64,000 nt of DNA from Macrostomum lignano. Taxonomy: Eukaryota. A program made the translations under genes and the position numbers. Positions 14,540-25,900 of this stretch are shown piece by piece. Under the pieces are notes generated by a model. That model had not been told where the DNA came from. It saw only the letters and a list, made by a program, of their open reading frames with translations, and did no database searches. The stretch is taken from positions 310,001 through 374,000 of the forward strand of contig NIVC01000905.1 in the NCBI GenBank assembly GCA_002269645.1, written 5' to 3'. The stretch's first letter is position 1. Each line of letters opens with the position of its first letter.

Positions 14540-15310
14540 TGTGGGGATTAGAGGGATTCTGTGGGGTTTGAGGGATGCTGTGGGGATTAGAGGGATTCTG
14601 TGGGGTTTGAGGGATGCTGTGGGGATTAGAGGGATTCTGTGGGGTTTGAGGGATGCTGTGGGGATTAGAGGGATTCTGTGGGGTTTGAGGGATGCTGTGG
14701 GGATTAGAGGGATTCTGTGGGGTTTGAGGGATGCTGTGGGGATTAGAGGGATTCTGTGGGGTTTGAGGGATGCTGTGGGGATTAGAGGGATGCTGTGGGG
14801 TTTGAGGGATGCTGTGGGGATTAGAGGGATGCTGTGGGGATTAGAGGGATTCTGTGGGGTTTGAGGGATGCTGTGGGGATTAGAGGGATTCTGTGGGGTT
14901 TGAGGGATGCTGTGGGGATTAGAGGGATGCTGTGGGGTTTGAGGGATGCTGTGGGGATTAGAGGGATTCTGTGGGGTTTGAGGGATGCTGTGGGGATTAG
15001 AGGGATGCTGTGGGGTTTGAGGGATGCTGTGGGGATTAGAGGGATGCTGTGGGGTTTGAGGGATGCTGTGGGGATTAGAGGGATGCTGTGGGGTTTGAGG
15101 GATGCTGTGGGGATTAGAGGGATGCTGTGGGGATTAGAGGGATGCTGTGGGGATTAGAGGGATGCTGTGGGGATTAGAGGGATGCTCTGGGGATTAGAGG
15201 GATTCTGTGGGGTTTGAGGGATGCTGTGGGGATTAGAGGGATTCTGTGGGGTTTGAGGGATGCTGTGGGGATTAGAGGGATGCTGTGGGGTTTGAGGGAT
15301 GCTGTGGGGA
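14540..15310. repeat. 39-bp (20+19) G-rich minisatellite GCTGTGGGGATTAGAGGGATTCTGTGGGGTTTGAGGGAT
   Basis: Direct inspection; 13-aa periodic ORFs. Confidence 0.97.
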
Positions 15311-15395
15311 TTTCTTCGGTGCTGAGGATCAGGCACCTCAGCCCGAAGATTCCCCAGCGCCAGCAGCACCGCCACCCGCTCCCCGCAGGTACTAG

Positions 15396-15672
15396 AAGTT
15401 CAAGACGGCAGTCGCCAACTCCGTGGTGAACGCAGACAACGCCAGCGTGGAGTCGCTCGGCACCGAGCAGCTGCTGGACCCGTTCGAGTTCTCCTCCGGC
15501 TCAGCAGCTCCGGGCAAGTCGGCGGCAGACAGCAGGGACTCGGCCTCCAGGCAGAGAGCCAAGCAGGCGATGTCCAAGACGCTGGGCTCGGTGCTCAGCT
15601 GCGGGGGCTGAGCTGACTGTGGACTACGAGGAGGAGTTCGACATGAGCCAGTTCGTGCAGCTGCTGTCCTGA
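15396..15672 (+). pseudogene. BTAF1: BTAF1/Mot1 C-terminal fragment, frameshifted
   Basis: KFKTAVANSVVNADNASVESLGTEQLLDPF resembles the BTAF1/Mot1 C-terminus (QKFK.NIANTV...N.SL.SMGTDQLLDLF). After a frameshift/stop at ~15610, DYEEEFDMSQFVQLLS* resembles Mot1 QYEEEY.L..F...L*. No helicase exons seen upstream. Confidence 0.6.
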
Positions 15673-15704
15673 TGCTCCACGGCTTTGAGCTCTTCAGCTG
15701 CCAG

Positions 15705-15975
15705 ACTCCTGCATCTCCAGACTCCTGCATCTCCAGACTCCTGCATGTCTGGACTCCTCATCTTCAGACTCCTTTATCTCCAGACCCTGCATCTCCAGAC
15801 TCCTGCATCTCCAGACTCCTGCATCTCCAGACTCCTGCATCTCCAGACTCCTGCATCTCCAGACTCCTGCATCTCCAGACTCCTGCATCTCCAGACTCCT
15901 GCATCTCCAGACTCCTGCATCTCCAGACTCCTGCATCTCCAGACTCCTGCATCTCCGGACTCCTGCATCTCCAGA
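15705..15975. repeat. 16-bp minisatellite (CTCCAGACTCCTGCAT)n
   Basis: Direct inspection. Confidence 0.95.
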
Positions 15976-17403
15976 CTCCATCTCTTGTCTCCTTCATGTC
16001 CTGACTCCTTCACCCCAGTCTCAATTTACAATATTTCTGCTTTCTTATTGAACTGTCTCGGTGCATTCAGCCGTGTCGAATCCAATGTAAACAGTCCTGT
16101 TGCTAGGGTTCATTGAAGATGCCGCATGGTTTACGATCTGTACTGAACTTTGTTACAAAAATGTTGATTAGAGCTCAACTCTCATCATACTCATTAAGAA
16201 GTGCTCATCTACTATGTACTTTACAATGCGTGCATGACGGCTGAGCAGCCAGTAGTGACATTGTGCCACGCTGTGCCAGCCGCATTCATACTGATTAGCC
16301 ATTGTCCTGCTGCTAAGGTAAAAATACAATTTATCAATAATATTTTCAAGCAGTTTTTTTATCATTGCTCAGTTTCTGATTGATGGAATTTGCTGCTCAC
16401 AAATATTTTATACTAATATATTAAGGTGACCAAATGTTGGAGTGAGAAATCCACGAGTAGGTGACTCTCTAACGTGTTCTCTCTCTCGTTCTCTAACGTG
16501 TGACAGTGGAGGCCAGCACGCAAGGTGTGCACCCTGCCTGACAGCGAGACAGTCAGGCCCGATGTACACCCTGCGTGAGCGTCTGCGTGCTCAGGAGTCA
16601 CCAGAGCTGGCATGACTGCTGGCTGCCGGGTTGACTGTCGCTTTGCATTGCGGCAGCGGCCAAAGAATCCCTTAAGCGAACTTCAGTGACTGACTCGAAT
16701 ATTACCGGCTAGATGGTGTCTATTAGTAGTATGTGTAGTATATTTTAAGTAGGCAGAATTTAAAGACAGAATTTCTAATTAAGATACCTACAGTTATAGG
16801 CACATACAGCAGATCATGCTCAACGACAGATCAGCTTTGCTTTGGCAAAGATAGTTCAGAAATATTGGTAACTTTGTGTTGCATAGATATTGTAAACAGC
16901 AAACTCTACCAAATTACCGTATTGCTAACAGCTATAGGAAAAATAATTACACACTTTGAGAGTCTACAGTGTTAAACGTATAATGGGTTGTGCACAAGGA
17001 CCACTAGCGGTATATCAGGGCGCTACACTCAGATCAAAGATTGTATGCTAATAAAAAATGAGCTATAGATCTGAGATAGAAAAGCAAACAATTGTTTTTC
17101 ATCACAAAATTGATGATTGCATTTTGCATCTCGGCATCTGGGTTAGAGAAGATTGCCATTCTTTTAATTTAGTATGCACAGCATTTTGCTCTGCTGTATT
17201 TTATACTCGTATTGTTGTGCCCTGAAAGTTTCATTTTTCTTATTGCTTTTTATTTTATAAGCCCAAGTTGTCAATACTCGCCGCGTACATGTGTCATTAG
17301 CTAAACTTTTATTTTGTTCCTTGATTGATTTTGAGGTAAAAAAAATTTTCCTACCTCCGAAGGTAGGAACAAATCATTCTCATAGCGTCCTGATATGCTG
17401 CTA

Positions 17404-18373
17404 CTTCGGGTGTGTCATAAGTAATGTCACTGCAGGCTTCTGTCTAAAATATGTAGGCACATGGACTTGTGGGTAGCGTAGCTGCAAAGTATACTTAGTG
17501 AAACAATAGCAGTGCATTTGAGACGTGCATAGGTTGTTTATGGCCCAAGCTATCGCAAGAATACGCCAAGCAGATTTAGCAAGTGCAACGCGATGAAAAA
17601 TCGTCTATGCAGCGAACAAAAATCACCATGAATCTCGACAAGACGCCTGCATCAAGCAGATCCGCAAGGTGTTCAGCAGCCGGGGCTTGAATGACATCCT
17701 AAACTGCCTGGTTGCTGAGGATGAAAGCTGGCTCCACCTGGATGGCAAGGGCAGCAAGGCAGACAATCGCTGCTGGCTGGGAGCTGGGGACTCCAGGGCG
17801 ACTGTGACCAGGAAGTCCATCTTGGACAAGAAGACCATGCTGCTGGTAGCCTTCACGCCAAATGAACGAGTCTCCATCTGCACAACTCCACCGAACACCA
17901 AGGTCGATGGCCAGTATTTTATTGACTTTTTCCGGCACACTGGGGACCTCTGGCGCAATCTCCGGTCAAATCCATGTCACCTGGACGAGGTTCTGTGGCA
18001 GATGGACACCGCACGGCTGCAAACCTGTAAGGCTGTTTCGAACTTTCTGCCTGCACGGCGAGTGAATCTGCTCTGACAGTCCCTACAGCCCGGACTTCAA
18101 CTTGTGCAAGAGATTCCTGTTCAAATGGCTGAAGGCTGACTTTTCCAAGAAGAGTTTCGCAAACCATGAAGAGGTAAAACAGGCCGCGTTGCACTGGTTA
18201 TGGCAGTTGGAGGAAAAACACCTGCAGGCTGAGGTGGACAAGCTGTATGAGCACTGCCAGAGGGTGATTGATATTGGGGGACTCTATGCTGTTGAGTGGT
18301 ACAGTTTTGTTCATCTGCGATTGCAAGTTCGTCTGTTTTCACATCAGTGACATTACTTATGACACACCCGAAG
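17404..18373 (+). mobile_element. Internally deleted Tc1/mariner element with degenerate transposase
   Basis: Perfect 29-bp TIRs CTTCGGGTGTGTCATAAGTAATGTCACTG (17404-17432 / 18345-18373) with TA on both flanks. Transposase remnants LVAEDESW, VDGQYF, WQMDTAR, LFKWLK...FANHEEVKQA..HW...KLYEHCQRVIDIGG with frameshifts and stops. Confidence 0.92.
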
Positions 18374-18598
18374 TACGTACATGGTCCTTGGTCGTACAAT
18401 GGCAAAGGGGCAGATTACATTTACGTGAATGTAAGTCACATCCGGAGCTGACACAGTTTTTCACATAAACTTAAATTTTACAGTTATGGTTTCTCGATAT
18501 AAATTTTAGGTTAGCGATAGAAAGTGAAAATAGCTAAAGTCCATATAGCTACTGCATGCAATCAGTAAATCAAATCGAGTATCATTCGAAAATTACAT

Positions 18599-20506
18599 TC
18601 AATTCTCGCGCCAAGTGTAAAAGGCGGGACTTTCACCGGCTCTCCGGATTGCTTCACAAAAGTCTGCTCTGTCATCGTGTCGAGTCTTCCAGAGCGCCAA
18701 GACGACTCGAAACCAGCACTCCGCAGCGACCATGTGCCGTTCCCAATTAGTTTGCTGCCATGTCTGAGCCCTGGGACTCAGAATCAGAGCCTCAGTTCTG
18801 CCGCGAACAATGGCAGCGGCCAGCTGCAGCAGCAGCGAGTGGTCTTCGCCACTGCAGCGGCCTTCGGAAATTTCTGTGGCAAGAGTCTGCAAAATGTTTT
18901 TGTATTCGCCATCAAATGCGTCACCTGTGCAAATTTTTTCAAGCGCATCTTTTCTTGTCTTGATAAATTTTTTGTCGTTCCAGTCTTTAAAGATAAGTCT
19001 AACAGCTTCGTCCTGATAGCGGTGATACTGTTTGTTAAGCCTCTTCAAAACGATTCGTCTTCCACAGAGGCTCTTATGTTGATGCCGAGTCTGCCTCAGC
19101 TGCAGATAGGTCAATCCGCTCTTTGCTTCTGGCTCAAGATCATCACGTGTCTCCATTGGAAGGTCTTCGCCCCAGATATCGTGCGTTCTTTGCGGATCAT
19201 CGTCCTCACTGTAGATTTGGCCAAGTCTGCGTAACTTAGGAACAAGAATTGTTAAGCCTTTCGTGCTCATACGACTACCTGAAATCTCGCGCAACCTGCG
19301 AATGACTTCATTGACTACTGGTTCGATTGAGCACCTGGGTTGAAGCGAAACAAAATTTCTTTTTTTTAGATTACATATTTCAATTATAAATACGGAGAAC
19401 GGCTCCAGTGGAACTTGGAGGCGTGAAATTGTACATGTTTTTGGCCAAGGCGCCTCTTGTTGCTTTTTGAAATGAAGCAGCACTTCAAATCGAAAGTCTT
19501 TCAGATCAAACGTCTTGAAAAGCTTTGATCCCTCAACTTCCACAACTGCCGCAGCCACCCATAGCGGCTTTTTGCGTTCGTTTTCGATCTCAAATTTAAG
19601 AGGCTTTTCCCATAAGCCGAACTCACCGCAGTTTCCCCGAAACTCGAAGAATTCGACATCCCGAAGCTCGCATTCAAAATGCAGCTCAATGTGAGTGACT
19701 GCGTACACTCTGGGCTGAGCTTGAGGGTCCAGTTTGATTAGATACGTTTGCGTTGGATTTGCATAATCGACAGGCAGATTGATGTCGCAAAACTCTGTGA
19801 AAGGTACCATAGGCTCTTGAGCTTGAGCTTTCACAACTCTAACTCTCAGAGGCTCTTTGGTAGGCAGTCTCATGAAGTTGTTATAATTGGCCATTTGCAG
19901 ATCATCGATCGTCAGCGTCCAGACCTGTGCGTCTCCGTGATCTTGCTTTGCAGCATCGCATTGCATGCACTTTGTGCAAACTTTACGAGACTTCTCAAAT
20001 CGCTTATGGCTATTATGTTCAATTTCAAGCTGAAAATTAGTGTTAAAATTTTCCAACTCCGTTTGAAATTCGAAGATAAGGCAGATCGGTGCCATCGGAA
20101 TGACTCGGAAATTGCTATTTGTCAGGTCACAGTAAATAACAAACTCCACCTGTTTGTCCTTGACAAAGTGAGGCACAAACCGGGTCCCTTCGCCAAACTC
20201 TATCTTATAGTCGAGTACTTCCTGTTCCATGGTAGCACTCAGTCGGAATTGCAGAATGTTTTTGGTTTCGGCTGTCTTGATTTTGCCGTGTTCCGTCACT
20301 TTTATATTTTCCAATCTTCTATCGCCGTCAGTATCCAGTTTTGAGTACCATATTTGCTCACCTGTTTCAAGTGTCTTTTGTTTCAGTTCGTGCGGCTTAG
20401 TCTCCGTGGAATCGTAAATGTTGAGATGAATTCTCGATGCTCGCTCACCGCCCTTTACGACAATGTGCAAAACTGCATTCGGTTTTTGTTGTGGCTGCTC
20501 TTGCAT
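18599..20506 (-). CDS. Uncharacterised 635-aa protein (single coding exon); beta-rich N-terminus, helical C-terminal domain shared with the 21347-22117 protein
   Basis: 1.9-kb open frame of non-repetitive sequence. In-frame TAA two codons upstream of the ATG, and a splice-acceptor-like CTCTCAG just upstream. Paralogous similarity to the neighbouring ORF. Confidence 0.8.
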   Translation of the reverse strand: MQEQPQQKPNAVLHIVVKGGERASRIHLNIYDSTETKPHELKQKTLETGEQIWYSKLDTDGDRRLENIKVTEHGKIKTAETKNILQFRLSATMEQEVLDYKIEFGEGTRFVPHFVKDKQVEFVIYCDLTNSNFRVIPMAPICLIFEFQTELENFNTNFQLEIEHNSHKRFEKSRKVCTKCMQCDAAKQDHGDAQVWTLTIDDLQMANYNNFMRLPTKEPLRVRVVKAQAQEPMVPFTEFCDINLPVDYANPTQTYLIKLDPQAQPRVYAVTHIELHFECELRDVEFFEFRGNCGEFGLWEKPLKFEIENERKKPLWVAAAVVEVEGSKLFKTFDLKDFRFEVLLHFKKQQEAPWPKTCTISRLQVPLEPFSVFIIEICNLKKRNFVSLQPRCSIEPVVNEVIRRLREISGSRMSTKGLTILVPKLRRLGQIYSEDDDPQRTHDIWGEDLPMETRDDLEPEAKSGLTYLQLRQTRHQHKSLCGRRIVLKRLNKQYHRYQDEAVRLIFKDWNDKKFIKTRKDALEKICTGDAFDGEYKNILQTLATEISEGRCSGEDHSLLLQLAAAIVRGRTEALILSPRAQTWQQTNWERHMVAAECWFRVVLALWKTRHDDRADFCEAIRRAGESPAFYTWREN

Positions 20507-21346
20507 TTGTTATTTTTCTGCTGCTGCTGGAACTGAGAGTTAGGAACAGTCACGTTAATTCAAAATTAAACCACAGCTAGCTGAATTAATTGATGCGATT
20601 TAATTTGGGTTCAAATTCTCAGGAAACTAAAAGCTATTGTTCTGCTAAAATATCAATTTTTGTTGTTCTAATAAATGTTTTTGCTTCTATAGCTAGCAAT
20701 AAAAGTAAATCATATAAAATGCATTTTATAAGTTTTTGAAATACATCACAATGCATTGATTTTGGTGTGCGATCACTATCATAAATTGAGAAAAGAATTT
20801 AGCAAGAGAGGCACAGCAAAGTGGCGCTTAAGTACCGAGTTTTTTATTCGAAAAAGTTTTTGTTAATAAAAAGCCAAAAATATATGGATTTGACAGCTTT
20901 AGCGACCGAAATACTCATTAAAAATATGTAGAAAAAGTGGTCATGGTAATAAAAAATTGTACTTAACTTAAAAAAATTATGTAAACAAGTAGCTTCAAAC
21001 TTTAATGACTATACAAGGTTCAAGAAAAATAAAGAACAATAATTTTATTCGTCAAAATATTTTAGGCCCTTGCCACAACCTGAAAAACAGAATCATCTAT
21101 CATAATTTGTAGAAAAAAATAAACTGGAATGAACGGAAATAACAAAATTTTGAACGGGTGGCGCAAAGTACTGCGGTATACGTGTACTCGTATCTACGAG
21201 TATATATCACGTAAATGTTTTATAAGTTCTACATGTTATTCGTATGAATTAATATTATAAAATATCTGGGAGACAAAAACTTGGTCCTCACACATTCAAA
21301 TACGATCGAGTTCAGATTCCAGAGCGTGCCGAACAAGCCAAAAGGC

Positions 21347-22117
21347 TCAACTCACAGTCCTGTTGCCCATACATGCTTTGAACTTCTCAGCCTCGTCCTC
21401 AGGCTCGGTCACGACAGTCCTGAGGCGGCTCCACACGGTCACCATGAAGCAGAACCAGGCCTCCGCCACTGGGCAGCGGTCCCGAGGCTGATCGGTACTC
21501 AGTTTCAGGGCTTGCAGGTGACTGCGAACGATTTCAGCTGAGTTCTGAAGCAAGCTTTTCGCTTCCTCATCTTCAAACGCCCACTCGCCGTCTGCAATGC
21601 TGATTGCCAGCTCAGTTACACACAGCTTTTCATCTTCACGGAATTCTTCTTCCGTGAAAACTTCACGCAGATTGGCAGGCAGCATCTGCCTAACTGACTG
21701 TTTCTTCTCTTCCAAATCAGTGGTCTTCCTCTCTGCCTCATCTGGCATCAAGTACCGAGCGTAAATGCCTCTGACGCTGTGGTAACTGGTCAGTCTAACT
21801 GGCAGGTTGGGAATGCAGCATAGAGAGTACGTTAAGTCTGTGAGCACCGTGTTCTTGTCGAATAGGGGGTTGGCTGCAACTTTTTCAACCATATTCGTAG
21901 CTGCATTCTTGAAGCCGTAAATACTGCCAGTAGGTTTCGCAAGTTTCCTAAATTTCGTAGAAACCATGATCTCAGGAATTGGACATTCATCCAAGTGTGA
22001 CTTCAGATGTGCAGTAGTTGCTGATGATTTTGAAGGCGACTCTGGTGACTTTGACGGTCGTGTCACAATGGGTTGGAAATGAAGGCTTGGTCCTTGTTCG
22101 TCCATCAAGCTTTTCAT
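21347..22117 (-). CDS. Uncharacterised 256-aa protein, paralog of the C-terminal part of the 635-aa protein
   Basis: Open frame with acceptor CTGCAG 4 nt before the ATG. Aligned blocks YARYLMPDEAER/YHRYQDEAVR, LLQNSAEIVR..QALKLS/LLLQLAAAIVR..EALILS, VAEAWFCFMVTVW/VAAECWFRVVLALW. Confidence 0.75.
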   Translation of the reverse strand: MKSLMDEQGPSLHFQPIVTRPSKSPESPSKSSATTAHLKSHLDECPIPEIMVSTKFRKLAKPTGSIYGFKNAATNMVEKVAANPLFDKNTVLTDLTYSLCCIPNLPVRLTSYHSVRGIYARYLMPDEAERKTTDLEEKKQSVRQMLPANLREVFTEEEFREDEKLCVTELAISIADGEWAFEDEEAKSLLQNSAEIVRSHLQALKLSTDQPRDRCPVAEAWFCFMVTVWSRLRTVVTEPEDEAEKFKACMGNRTVS

Positions 22118-22288
22118 CGCTCTGCAGTAGAATTTGTTTGTGATTATCAGATTCGAAGCTTACAAGATCGAAAAGCAGAATTTTTCCAAGTGGGAAATGT
22201 ACGAGGAGGTTTCAATAAGTTTCTGGATGCACAAAGTCTAGACGTAGAAAGATGATGTACTCAATTTGGAATTAGCTGGGCTGGTTAA

Positions 22289-25200
22289 AGCAGGTTCTCA
22301 TTAACTTAAAGTAAGCTCCTAGGTTCGAATATTGCCCACATTAATGTGCTGTTGAAATTGATTTTAAAACTGATTTCAACAATCTTTGACCCACGGAAAT
22401 ACGAGCTACTAACGATAATTTGAATCGGCCTGATGAGAGATGAGACCACGAGTTGAATACTTAATTTAATCTGGGGAGCAAACTCACAACTAGTGAAAAT
22501 AAATTTAAAAGATAATATTCTCTGATGAAGCCAGCCATGTACCGCTACATTTTAGCTCTTGTCATTCCTCTGCAGCCCAGACTGGTAGTGCAGTCCTGCT
22601 TCAGTTTTCAAACATTTTTGACGATTTCTTTGGCGATATTACAAATCGAATTAATAGGTTTGACGGGGAAGTGGAAAATTGTGTCCTGAAAGGCCCGTCA
22701 CAGCAGCTATACCAATTGATCAATAATTCGTCAGCTATGGCGCATGGCACAAAGCTTTAAAACTCAAGCCTACACAATGGAGAGTTGTTGGCCATTTCGT
22801 CGGTTCGTCGAAGTTGAATGAGCCTCTTACCTTTTACGGATTCGTTTCCTGTATTCGTAAAAGTTGTTTCTAGCACTCAGGCTTCGTGCTACATACATAG
22901 TAAAAATACAAGTCAAGCATGAAATCATAAATTTATAAATATAAGTAGATAGTTTGCTGTTTTCTGAGCCAAAGAGGAATTTAAATGCTAACACCGATAA
23001 AAACTAGCAAGGTGGAACTCGGAAAAGAATCGTAGGATTTGGCGGATGCCATTCTAAAACTTGATCACGTAAAAATTAATGACATGACTTTTATCCATTC
23101 AGAAACTTATGTTTGCACCCTGTACGAGCTATCATCCTGTTCAAAGCGTATTCTAGGGGAAATTACCTACTTCAATGGCCTAGCACATCAAAGGCCTACC
23201 ATCCACTTTCGCGCTGATCCTGACAGCAGCAAAATATCGAAATTCAGCTTTGTGTCAGAAGGTCACCACCAGTAAAGGCAGGTTCACATGAACTTCCCGT
23301 AGTTGGCAGGGTCAAGTATCATCATAAAAATTTATCATAAACTTCATATAGCTCGTACTTGTAATCCATTTGAACCATCAGGCTATTTTGTGACTATAAG
23401 TTGAGGATTTACTATGAGCTCGAGCAAAGTCATAATTACTCATAAAAATACTAAAAACAATACGATCCTATACTCCCTAATGAAGGCTGCTTCCAGCCGC
23501 TACATTTTAGCTCTTGTCAGTGTCCTCTGCAGACTTTTATACACTACATGTATAGTGTATCCTCGTATCTCTAGTAGTGCAGTCTGCAGTCAGTTCTTAG
23601 ACTCCATGAAACCAAGTGGTTTCAGGAGAAGCAAAATCGTTCTTTAGAATTGGAATCCCTAGAAGCTGAGAAATGAGAAATTAAAGATAAAAACGGAATT
23701 GCCATAACTGAATTAAAGAAAACTTATCGGTGTCGGAGTTCAGAGATCGAATGGGTCTTAAAGATCTCAAGATTTGGCGGATCCCATTCTGAAACTAACC
23801 AAAAATTTTATTACGACTTTCGTTTTTCAGAAATTTATGTTCGCAACTTCTATTCTCTTGTTTAACGTGTATTTTAGGGGCAATGACGCACCTCCATGGC
23901 CTAGCACATCAAAAGCCCACTTTAGTGCCGAACCCGACAGCAGCAAAGTATTGAAATGCAATTTTTTGAAAGAACTAACCAGTTAAGGTAGATTCTCATT
24001 AACTTCCTGTAGTTTCCTTGTTCAAATTTTTTATACTTTTTATTTATTTATTTATTATACTAATTTATTTTATTTAATATTTATATTTATTTACTTATTT
24101 TTATCTTTAATTGCTCACTTTCATGTACTGTTGAAATTGATTTTTAAAACTAATTTTCTACAATCTCTGACCCACGGAACTGCAATTGCTACTAACGATA
24201 ACTTGAACCGACCGTAACGGAGAGCTTAACGTAGGTATTAGTTTCCTTATAAAACTTCATACTTGTAACTCATCTGAACCATGAGACTATTATACTCGTG
24301 CGAGACCTTTTTTAATCCTAATCCTAATCCTAATCCTATTAATAAAATAAGACTATTTATTAAAAATCATTTTCCGTTTTTTCTGGAGTTTTCCTAGCCA
24401 TTGACCTGAAAGCTGTGGATCCAGCTAGGTTACCCATTGACCTGAATTTGAGAAAAAAGTTGGCAGTTATAGCTATGATTCATTTGCCCTATATCTGGCA
24501 GCTGGAAATAACTAAGCAATGATGATGATGCACTAAATTCATGATGAGTACAATGAGGGGTACAGCGGGGACTACTCAAACATCTCAAACATTACTCAAA
24601 CATCAAACATCAAAGATGTTTGAGTAGTCCCTGGGGTACAGGTTGAAAGCAAATGAGTTAAAAGCACAAGACAATAGAGCGATTTCATACCTTGATTGCC
24701 TTGGCGAGTGCAGGACCGGCAGTGACGTCATCCGTGCTGGCAGCCGTCCGGACGGTCCAAGGCGGCATCGCACTGGCGTCGCTCTTGTCACTCGGATAGC
24801 CGAACTGATGCGGGATCAGGGATTGCAGTTTTAACTCATCAGAAACTGGGACTTGACAAAATGGCTAAGGGAGGATTAAAGGTGATCTTGTGGGTCTGTT
24901 CAATCTCGTGGGAGAACTCACCACTTAAGGCAGGTTCTTCCCGTGGCTCTGAGGTTCAAATATTGCTCACATTAATGTGCGTGTTTACTACTTATACGAC
25001 TAAAATGGTAGACTATTCCATTCTGAATAGTAGACTATTCTACTCGTATAAGACCATGAGTTAAATATTTACTCTAACCTGGAGCAAAGCCGTAATTACT
25101 ACTTCTTATATAATCAGCATGTAAAATATATATATATATATATATACTCTCCGATGAAGCCTGCTACGAGCCAACATCCTCTGCAGCCCATTTTATTGAT

Positions 25201-25900
25201 ATTCCGGTAATAGTGCGGCCCTGCTTCAGTTTTTAGACTTCTTTTTGGCAATAGCTCGTATAGAACTAGCTAATGAGATAACGGGGCGGTGAAAAATACG
25301 CTCGTACCATCCTGAAAACCCGTCACAACAGTTACCAATTGATCAATAATTTACCAGCTATCGGGGTGGATGGCACAAAACATTCAAACCTACACAACGT
25401 CTTGTATTGAGTGAGCATCGTATAAATCACCGTGCCGCATGGGAATCGAAATCCTCTGATTCCTCTGAATCCTCTGTAGACTGTATCCTCTGAACATCTC
25501 TAGTACTCAAGCTACGCTACTTATAATAAAAAAAACTTGCTAAATGAAGCATGCATTACTCAAGTTATGAATTTCCATGTAAGTCGATACAAGTAGTTGC
25601 TGTGTTCTGAAGCAACGAGGAATTTTAATGACTACTTTGAAGCGCTCATGCGAGTGTATTTAGCAGCTGGATATCGCTAACATGCTAACACCGATAAAAC
25701 TAAAAAAATGGAACTCGATCTGAAGCAAAATAAAATCTTACGATTTGACGGATTCCATTCTGAAACTCACTTTGAATTTTATAGCACATGAACTTAATTC
25801 TTTATGAAACTTACGTTCGCACCGTTTCATCTTCTTATTTATTTATTATATATCTCAATAGTGCAGTCCCGCTTCAGTTTTGTGACCAAATGAAGTCAAT
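22289..25900. repeat. Degenerate tandem segmental duplications (~4 units of 0.7-1 kb)
   Basis: Recurrent anchors: GATTTG(G/A)CGGAT.CCATTCT.AAACT at ~23037, 23772, 25742; TAGTGC.G.CC.GCTTCAGTTT at ~22587, 25210, 25859; ACCAATTGATCAATAATT at ~22711, 25334. Confidence 0.7.

Noticed and set aside
14540-15975. CRISPR-like arrays
   Set aside because: Head-to-tail repeats with no unique spacers, no cas genes, eukaryotic context.
18677-20344. Plus-strand ORFs of 185 and 198 aa
   Set aside because: Antisense shadows of the 635-aa minus-strand gene.
22420-22620. Hammerhead ribozyme cores (CTGATGA at ~22425, ~22523, also 13395)
   Set aside because: No stem II followed by GAAA in the required arrangement.
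24312-24340. (TAATCC)n as interstitial telomere
   Set aside because: Only ~4 copies and not TTAGGG.
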